UHGV virus genome: UHGV-0305615
Direction: 5' to 3' (one strand)
DNA: 30,965 bases
Origin: a virus
The first letter of the stretch is position 1, and each line of letters opens with the position of its first letter. A model generated the notes under the pieces. That model did no database searches. It was not told where the DNA came from and saw nothing but the letters and a program-made list of their open reading frames with translations. The translations under genes were made by a program, and so were the position numbers. Shown here one piece after another: positions 7,839-13,940 of this stretch.

Positions 7839-7841
7839 ATC

Positions 7842-8186
7842 ATGAGAAAACAGATACAGGCTCTTGGTCGACTCAAAACAGGCCAGATGAACAAAACAGA
7901 ATCTGCGTATTGCCAGCACCTTGAGCTGCGTAAACGTGCAGGGGAAATCGCCTGGTATCGATTCGAGGGTATCAAGCTGCGGTTAGCTGATAACACGTTC
8001 TATACGCCAGATTTCGCTGTGATGCTCGCCACCGGAGAGATGGAACTGCACGAAGTGAAAGGTTTCTGGACCGACGACGCCAGGGTGAAAACCAAAGTAG
8101 CCGCAGATCAGTATCCGTTCCGAATCATCGGGGTAACGGTTAAACCAAAGAAAGCAGGTGGCGGCTGGAACATCGAAGAGTTCTGA
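7842..8186 (+). CDS. Hypothetical phage protein (114 aa)
   Basis: Complete ORF; first gene after the third operator-bearing promoter; no confidently recognised domain. Confidence 0.6.
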   Translation: MRKQIQALGRLKTGQMNKTESAYCQHLELRKRAGEIAWYRFEGIKLRLADNTFYTPDFAVMLATGEMELHEVKGFWTDDARVKTKVAADQYPFRIIGVTVKPKKAGGGWNIEEF

Positions 8187-8247
8187 ATCGACGATCTTTT
8201 TAGTTATCAATGTAATCAATAAGTTATGTGGATAAGCGAGGGTAAAG

Positions 8248-8754
8248 ATGAAACCGAGCTACGAAGAACTTGAAGAGCAACTGAACAGATCGCGGCGTCT
8301 ATGTGATGCCGCGCTGGCCAATGAGCGGTCTTGGGAAACAGCCATGATGCAGGCATGCGGTGAAGACGGTCCGAAGTCAGTAGCTGATAAGTTTGCGGAA
8401 CTTGAAGCCAGATGCGCGGCGCTGGCGGCGGAGAATACGGAGCTGAAGTCTGTGCACCCTCAACCATTCGGAGCTGAGATGATGAAGGCTCTTGATGCGT
8501 ATGAGAAGCATCAGGATGAAGTGCCAGAGACAGGAATGCTCAATGCATTTTTCATCTTGCGCGACAGCATCCGTGTTGAAACGCCAGCCACCGATGCTTT
8601 CCTGGCTGAAGTCCGGGCGCAGGGATTGGAGATGTTTGCACAGAAATGTAACTCAAAATCCGAACAGTCGCTTGCATCTGATATACGCGATAACTGGAAA
8701 CTACTCGGTGAGCATGCGACTGACTTTGCCGCAGAGCTTCGCAAAGGAGAGTGA
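8248..8754 (+). CDS. Hypothetical phage protein (168 aa), coiled-coil-like N-terminus
   Basis: ATG with GAGGG RBS; acidic, Ala/Glu-rich. Confidence 0.6.
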   Translation: MKPSYEELEEQLNRSRRLCDAALANERSWETAMMQACGEDGPKSVADKFAELEARCAALAAENTELKSVHPQPFGAEMMKALDAYEKHQDEVPETGMLNAFFILRDSIRVETPATDAFLAEVRAQGLEMFAQKCNSKSEQSLASDIRDNWKLLGEHATDFAAELRKGE

Positions 8755-8755
8755 T

Positions 8756-9574
8756 ATGACCACTATTACCAGAGAAAGCTCGAAGATTAAATCATTCATC
8801 AATGGCTTCCTGAGCGACCCGGCGCACGGTAATCAATCTTTAGACAGTCTGCTTGCTGATGTGTTTCGTATCGCACTGGCATCGTTGGAAGCAGAGCCTG
8901 TTCTGTATCAGTCCTGCACTCGCCCCACCTGGAATAGCGGTGTTCCGTGGACGGAATGGAAAGAACGAAGTCGTGAGTGCTACGAAGACGATTTGCGCTT
9001 TACAGACACGCCTGACCATGCCGGTTGGATATACAAATGTCGAAAACTATATACCACTCCGCCAGCGCCGATAGCGTTAGAGGCCATTGAAAACGCAATT
9101 GAATACATCCGCAGTATCGCTTTTCACATCGATGAAGACGATTACCACGGCAAACATATTGCGTATTTCATGCAGCAAGCATTGGCCTGGCTGGAAGGGC
9201 ATTCATGCAGCGACGACAGACTGGGTAAAGCCGAGAATCAACCAGTACGCGGCAACCAGGCTGCCGAATCCAATCGCGGTAATGAGTGGACTGGCAATCC
9301 TGATATTGATAACGCCATCATCATGCTCGACCGCATAGATACGGCGGAAAGTTACGATGATGACCGTATTGAGGCTGTTAAGGTTGTTTTGCGTAGACTG
9401 GCTGGCAACTCTCCGGTAACTCCGGATGGTTGGGTTATGGTCCCTAAACAGGTAACGCCGGAAATCAGCAACGCGATAAACGTTGTGGGTCAACGCTGTA
9501 CATGTGGGAATTGCTCTCAGCGGTTGTGGGATTTATTACTCGACGCCACACAGCAAGGGGTTAACCGTGGCTAA
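8756..9574 (+). CDS. Hypothetical phage protein (272 aa) with C-terminal CxCGNC motif
   Basis: Internal ATG 8756 of track ORF 8492..9574, preceded by AAAGGAGAG and abutting the previous stop. Confidence 0.6.
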   Translation: MTTITRESSKIKSFINGFLSDPAHGNQSLDSLLADVFRIALASLEAEPVLYQSCTRPTWNSGVPWTEWKERSRECYEDDLRFTDTPDHAGWIYKCRKLYTTPPAPIALEAIENAIEYIRSIAFHIDEDDYHGKHIAYFMQQALAWLEGHSCSDDRLGKAENQPVRGNQAAESNRGNEWTGNPDIDNAIIMLDRIDTAESYDDDRIEAVKVVLRRLAGNSPVTPDGWVMVPKQVTPEISNAINVVGQRCTCGNCSQRLWDLLLDATQQGVNRG

Positions 9575-9848
9575 CCTGCAACTTGCCGTCAAAGGTGAAT
9601 ACTTCGATGCCATGATTCGCGGAGAGAAAACGGAAGAGTATCGCCTGTGTAATGACTACTGGAATAAGCGAATTATGTTCCGGGAGTATGACCGCCTGAT
9701 TATCACAAAGGGATATCCGAAGCGTGACGATTCCAGCCGCAGAATTGACGTTCCGTATGGCGGCTATGAAATCAAGACAATCACACATCCGCACTTCGGC
9801 GATAAACCGGTAAAGGTGTACGCGATAAAGGTGAATATTGATGGCTAA
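9567..9848 (+). CDS. Hypothetical protein (93 aa), possible ASCH/PUA-like fold
   Basis: GTG 9567 with AAGGGG RBS, overlapping previous stop; fold guess from LAVKGEYFDAMIRGEKTEEYR pattern only. Confidence 0.45.
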   Translation: MANLQLAVKGEYFDAMIRGEKTEEYRLCNDYWNKRIMFREYDRLIITKGYPKRDDSSRRIDVPYGGYEIKTITHPHFGDKPVKVYAIKVNIDG

Positions 9849-10179
9849 ATCAGCAGCAGAGCGCAAAGCCGCTCAGAGAGCCAGACAAGCTGCATCCGGT
9901 GTACGTAAGCTGGAGATTGTGCTGGATGCTCAGGAAATTGAAATGCTGGAGCGTAGCTGTGCCACGCGTCGCCCCGGGCGTGCGCCTTACGAATTTGGTG
10001 AGTATATAGCGTTACTGATCCGCCAGGATGATGCACGCGTGCACGGGCGTATAAAATCGATCAGCAGAAAACGTTGCGGTAAGTGCGGCGAGAGAGTTCC
10101 TGTGAATTCATGCCCGTGTAATGGTGACTCGCAATGCTGGGTGACTAAAGGCTGGCATGAAACGAAATTAATAGTGTGA
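9841..10179 (+). CDS. Hypothetical protein (112 aa): basic N-terminus plus C-terminal zinc ribbon
   Basis: ATG 9841 with AAAGGTGAA RBS; CGKCGERVPVNSCPCNG; stop codon lies inside the 12-bp palindrome. Confidence 0.55.
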   Translation: MAKSAAERKAAQRARQAASGVRKLEIVLDAQEIEMLERSCATRRPGRAPYEFGEYIALLIRQDDARVHGRIKSISRKRCGKCGERVPVNSCPCNGDSQCWVTKGWHETKLIV

Positions 10180-10187
10180 CATGTCAC
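10176..10187. repeat. Perfect 12-bp palindrome GTGACATGTCAC (copy 1 of 3)
   Basis: Exact sequence; identical copies at 12627-12638 and 29977-29988. Confidence 0.6.
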
Positions 10188-10196
10188 GAAGGTGTT

Positions 10197-10409
10197 ATGC
10201 CAAAAATACGCTACGACCTTGAAGATATGAGAGATAACTCAGCAAATTTTCCGAAAGAGGTTAAATTTCTCATGCATAAGTATGGTTGCGCTAGGAGGGA
10301 TATAGTTATCGACAGTCAGCACCCTTGCGGCGAGGATGTAATTTTCATTCGCGGTAAATGGGAAGGGTATCTTGACGAGAGTTTTTACGATGAATTTGAT
10401 GGACTTTGA
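10197..10409 (+). CDS. Hypothetical small protein (70 aa)
   Basis: ATG 10197 within track ORF 10176..10409; GAAGG upstream with short spacing. Confidence 0.4.
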   Translation: MPKIRYDLEDMRDNSANFPKEVKFLMHKYGCARRDIVIDSQHPCGEDVIFIRGKWEGYLDESFYDEFDGL

Positions 10410-10414
10410 ATACT

Positions 10415-10440
10415 GCCGCCAACTATGGCGGCTTTATTTT
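10415..10440 (+). terminator. Rho-independent terminator separating early genes from packaging genes
   Basis: GCCGCC-AACTAT-GGCGGC followed by TTTATTTT. Confidence 0.65.
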
Positions 10441-10451
10441 GCATGGTACTA

Positions 10452-10466
10452 TTACCAAAACGGTAA
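10452..10466. promoter_or_regulatory. Predicted operator (dyad TTACCAAAACGGTAA) upstream of TerS
   Basis: Exact dyad between terminator and TerS start; extra TTACC half-site at 10469-10473. Confidence 0.5.
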
Positions 10467-10483
10467 CTATTACCACGGTGGTT

Positions 10484-11080
10484 ATGATGCCTGCTGAACC
10501 TAAAACCTATAAACGCAAATCAACGCAATTTAAGCCACTAACAGCAATGCAGGAGGCTTATTGCCAGTCATACATCAAAACGCCTGAAAACCAGACTCAG
10601 GCAGCGATTAACGCAGGATTCTCCCCAAATACAGCGGCAGTTAAAGCCAGTGTCATGATGCGCGATGAACGCATTCAAAAACGGATTGCCGAGTTGATGG
10701 AGGAGCGCAACAAACGAATGCGCGTCAGTGCTGATTACGTTCTCATGCGCCTGGTGGAGATCGACCAGATGGACGTGATCGACATCCTCAACGACGATGG
10801 GAGCCTTAAGCCAATCCGCGAGTGGCCGAAAATCTGGCGCACTACGCTTAGTGGCTTTGATCTGTCATCGACCATCATGAACATGAACGAGGATTCGATA
10901 GAGACAATCCTCAAAAAAATTAAATGGCCTGACAAGGTGAAGAACCTCGAACTGATTGGTAAGCACGTCGACGTCAACGCATTCAAAGAACGCCTGGATG
11001 TTAATGTGAATGTGACAATTGCTGATCGCATAGCGGCAGCCAGGAAGAGACTGAAAGAACGTCAGGATGGCAATCAGTGA
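10484..11080 (+). CDS. Terminase small subunit
   Basis: Track ORF 10406..11080 trimmed to ATG 10484 because the 5' part contains the terminator and operator; family guess from sequence character and position before TerL. Confidence 0.65.
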   Translation: MMPAEPKTYKRKSTQFKPLTAMQEAYCQSYIKTPENQTQAAINAGFSPNTAAVKASVMMRDERIQKRIAELMEERNKRMRVSADYVLMRLVEIDQMDVIDILNDDGSLKPIREWPKIWRTTLSGFDLSSTIMNMNEDSIETILKKIKWPDKVKNLELIGKHVDVNAFKERLDVNVNVTIADRIAAARKRLKERQDGNQ

Positions 11081-12552
11081 CAGATACAGCGTTATCTCCT
11101 GAAGAGCAGTTAATCGAGGATATTGCAGGGTTCACTCACGATCCGCTTGGCTATGCCCTCTATGCGTTCCCGTGGGGGGAACAGGGGACTGAACTGGCAC
11201 ATGCCACCGGCCCACGTCAGTGGCAGGCTGATGCGTTCCGAGAGATACGTGATCACCTGCAGAATCCAGAGACGCGCTATCAGCCGCTTATGCTGGCACG
11301 CGCTTCTGGTCACGGTATTGGTAAATCCGCATTCATCTCAATGCTGATCAACTGGGGCATGTCCACTTGCGAGGATTGTAAGGTCGTGGTGACCGCCAAC
11401 ACCGACAACCAGCTACGAACGAAGACCTGGCCGGAAATTATCAAGTGGTCGAACCTTGCTATCACGAAAGACTGGTTTACCTGTACCGCTACCGCGATGT
11501 ACAGCAATGATCCTGGGCACGACAAGCGGTGGCGAGCTGACGCAATCCCCTGGTCTGAGCACAACACTGAGGCATTCGCCGGACTACACAACGAGCGCAA
11601 ACGCATCATCGTGGTATTCGATGAAGCGTCGAACATTGCGGATCTGGTGTGGGAAGTTGCTGAGGGTGCGCTTACGGACGAAGACACTGAGATTATCTGG
11701 GTGGCGTTCGGAAACCCTACACGTAACACCGGGCGTTTCCGCGAATGTTTCCGCAAATATAAACACCGCTGGAAAACTGCGCAGATTGACAGCCGGACGG
11801 TGGAAGGCACTAACAAACAGCAGTTGCAGAAATGGGTCGATGACTACGGGGAAGACAGCGACTTCGTTAAAATCCGTGTGCGCGGCATATTCCCTGATGC
11901 ATCTGAATTGCAGTTTATCCCTACCGGTCTTACTGATGAGGCAATGAAACGGGTGGTAACCGCTGCGCAGGTGGCGCATGCTCCGGTGATAATCGGTGTT
12001 GACCCTGCATATTCAGGCGTTGATGACGCGGTGATATACCTGCGGCAGGGGCTACACAGTAAGGTGCTGTGGACTGGCAACAAGACTACCGACGATCTGA
12101 TTATGGCGAAGCGTATCGCTGACTTTGAAGACCAGTATCAGGCTGACGCGGTGTTCATCGACTTCGGTTACGGTACCGGTCTGAAGTCAATCGGTGATGG
12201 TTGGGGGCGCACATGGCAACTTGTTCCGTTCGGTGGCGCGTCTACTGACCCGCAGATGCTCAACAAGCGTGGGGAGATGTTCAACTCATGCAAGACATGG
12301 CTGAGGCTGGGCGGGATGCTGGATGACCAGGAAACAGCGGACGACCTGTCGGCGGCAGAGTATAAAGTTCGAGTGGACGGTAAAATCGTTATCGAACCGA
12401 AGGAAGATATCAAGGAGCGGCTTGGGCGTTCTCCTGGTAAAGGCGATGCGCTACTGCTGACGTTTGCTTTCCCTGTGTCAAAGCGTCTGCGAATTCCCGG
12501 GCAGCAGAACCAGCAAGGCAAGGCCATCACAGATTACGATCCCTATGCTTAA
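11077..12552 (+). CDS. Terminase large subunit
   Basis: 491 aa; Walker-A-like ARASGHGIGKS; GTG start overlapping TerS stop with AGGATGG RBS. Confidence 0.9.
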   Translation: MTDTALSPEEQLIEDIAGFTHDPLGYALYAFPWGEQGTELAHATGPRQWQADAFREIRDHLQNPETRYQPLMLARASGHGIGKSAFISMLINWGMSTCEDCKVVVTANTDNQLRTKTWPEIIKWSNLAITKDWFTCTATAMYSNDPGHDKRWRADAIPWSEHNTEAFAGLHNERKRIIVVFDEASNIADLVWEVAEGALTDEDTEIIWVAFGNPTRNTGRFRECFRKYKHRWKTAQIDSRTVEGTNKQQLQKWVDDYGEDSDFVKIRVRGIFPDASELQFIPTGLTDEAMKRVVTAAQVAHAPVIIGVDPAYSGVDDAVIYLRQGLHSKVLWTGNKTTDDLIMAKRIADFEDQYQADAVFIDFGYGTGLKSIGDGWGRTWQLVPFGGASTDPQMLNKRGEMFNSCKTWLRLGGMLDDQETADDLSAAEYKVRVDGKIVIEPKEDIKERLGRSPGKGDALLLTFAFPVSKRLRIPGQQNQQGKAITDYDPYA

Positions 12553-12596
12553 TCCGCTAGTGGGGATAATGTCGTTGATATCCTCTGATGAGGATA

Positions 12597-12626
12597 AAAC
12601 AAAGCCAGCTCATCGGCTGGCTGTTT
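12597..12626. terminator. Bidirectional rho-independent terminator between convergent TerL and minus-strand ORF
   Basis: GCCAGC-TCATCG-GCTGGC hairpin (12604-12621) flanked by an A-run upstream and TGTTT downstream. Confidence 0.5.
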
Positions 12627-12638
12627 GTGACATGTCAC
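12627..12638. repeat. Perfect 12-bp palindrome GTGACATGTCAC (copy 2 of 3)
   Basis: Exact sequence. Confidence 0.6.
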
Positions 12639-12642
12639 GGTG

Positions 12643-13017
12643 TTACTTAATGGCATCAAATCCAGCGTTGATGGCTTCCGCAATATTGATGGCGCTTGTT
12701 TTATCGAAGTGCCCATTCTGAATAAGCGCCGCATGCAGGCATTGTAACTTCATGTTGTATAAGTGTTCGCTCATGTAATCATTATCACGTTTTTCCATTT
12801 CAGAATGTTGTGCTGTTATCCAGTCATGGAACGTAACGCTAGTACCATGGTCTTCGCTAAGAGTTAACCCGGCCAGTCCCTCACTCTGAATTACTTCGTA
12901 ATGCATTTCATTACCAGCAAAAACGCCATAAAAAACGCAGTCTTCAGCCTGAACGATACGAGAATATTTTAATGGCCATTCATTTAGATACTTAGCCAAC
13001 ATATCAATTGTTTTCAT
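12643..13017 (-). CDS. Hypothetical protein (124 aa), minus-strand insert between TerL and portal
   Basis: Complete ORF with AAGGTGAG RBS; lower GC than flanks; no recognised domain. Confidence 0.55.
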   Translation of the reverse strand: MKTIDMLAKYLNEWPLKYSRIVQAEDCVFYGVFAGNEMHYEVIQSEGLAGLTLSEDHGTSVTFHDWITAQHSEMEKRDNDYMSEHLYNMKLQCLHAALIQNGHFDKTSAINIAEAINAGFDAIK

Positions 13018-13028
13018 GATCTCACCTT

Positions 13029-13052
13029 AAAAAAATGCCCGGCGACCCGGGC
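13029..13052 (-). terminator. Rho-independent terminator on minus strand between tRNA and the 124-aa ORF
   Basis: GCCCGG-CGAC-CCGGGC hairpin followed on the minus strand by a T-run (A-run 13029-13035 on plus). Confidence 0.5.
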
Positions 13053-13215
13053 GAACTGGAAGCAATGAGTTATGCCTTCCGTGGCTGTACTGGTTTACAG
13101 CATGAAGTCATCGCAATGGCGTCCTGCTGTAAAAAGGGCGGTGATAGTTCTTCAAGGGAAACCATCACCGCCAAGCACCTGGAACTTCTGGCATCACGGT
13201 CCTTAGGCGTGATTC

Positions 13216-13292
13216 TGGCGTGGCATGCAGGATTCGAACCTGCGACCAACCGCTTAGAAGGCGGTTGCTCTGTCCGACTGAGCTAATGCCAC
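13216..13292 (-). tRNA. tRNA-Arg (anticodon UCU)
   Basis: 77-nt minus-strand sequence GTGGCATTAGCTCAGTCGGACAGAGCAACCGCCTTCTAAGCGGTTGGTCGCAGGTTCGAATCCTGCATGCCACGCCA folds as a cloverleaf: 7-bp acceptor stem, GCTC/GAGC D-stem, ACCGC/GCGGT anticodon stem with loop CTTCTAA, GCAGG/CCTGC T-stem with TTCGAAT loop, encoded CCA. Confidence 0.9.
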
Positions 13293-13614
13293 AACGCTGA
13301 GAGCACTTAGCCTGTTAAGGCACCACACTTTGTCGCGGCTCCATAAATGCTCTCATCGTTGTACCCTCGTCTCTTCCGAGGCGTCACACCGAATCGCCGG
13401 GATGGTGAATCCCCGTGCGCGGAATAAAACCGCTCGACTTGCACATTCCGGCTACCTGGTTCGTTTGCCCGAGCAAGGGAGGGTGCCCCTTAAACGTATC
13501 CAGACCGCTATCGTCGCATGTGCCATACGCCGTACTGCTCAAAATAAAAGCTCACTCCACCTGTTCAATTTAACGACAAGCCAGTCAGGTTAGTAACCGG
13601 AATGAACTTTTTGG

Positions 13615-13629
13615 TTACCTGAAAGGTAA
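13615..13629. promoter_or_regulatory. Predicted operator (dyad TTACCTGAAAGGTAA) between tRNA leader and virion genes
   Basis: Exact dyad; a leftward TTGACA -35 (rc of 13646-13651) lies 17 bp away. Confidence 0.5.
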
Positions 13630-13719
13630 TAATTCGTGCGTTAAATGTCAACAGTCTACGATAAATAAATCATATGTGGTTAAATTGGTAATAATTTAAT
13701 TGCGTACGGAGTCATTGAT

Positions 13720-13926
13720 ATGTGCATGGGTAGCTCACCATCAGTGCCTGCAACACCAGAAGTTCAGGCAGCACCACAGGAGCAGGATGCCGCCGTTGTT
13801 GATGCCCGCGACGAAGAAACTCGTCGCCGTCGCGCTGCTGCTGGTCGTAGTTCTACGCTGCTTACCGGTTCTCAGGGCGACACATCAACCGCTAATACCA
13901 GCGGTAAAACGCTACTTGGTCAGTAA
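13720..13926 (+). CDS. Small hypothetical virion-module protein (68 aa), possibly T7 gp6.7-like
   Basis: GGAG RBS; begins MC..., Pro/Ala/acidic then basic; sits just upstream of portal. Homology is a recollection, not verified. Confidence 0.4.
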   Translation: MCMGSSPSVPATPEVQAAPQEQDAAVVDARDEETRRRRAAAGRSSTLLTGSQGDTSTANTSGKTLLGQ

Positions 13927-13940
13927 CCGGAGTCATTGAA

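Noticed and set aside
10176-10187. Palindrome read as a CRP site
   Set aside because: CRP consensus TGTGA-N6-TCACA does not fit the spacing of GTGACATGTCAC.
10406-10483. ATG 10406 as TerS start (track ORF)
   Set aside because: This extension would translate through an intrinsic terminator and the operator dyad; the downstream ATG at 10484 is preferred.
13293-13600. Possible second tRNA or tRNA remnant upstream of tRNA-Arg
   Set aside because: No acceptor/T-arm pairing or TTCGAAT-type loop could be built.
13589-13932. 14-bp near-repeat GGTYAGTAACCGGA (13589 and 13919) and shared CGGAGTCATTGA leader before the small virion ORF and the portal, suggesting a local duplication
   Set aside because: Matches of this length with one mismatch are expected by chance dozens of times in 31 kb; not significant on its own.
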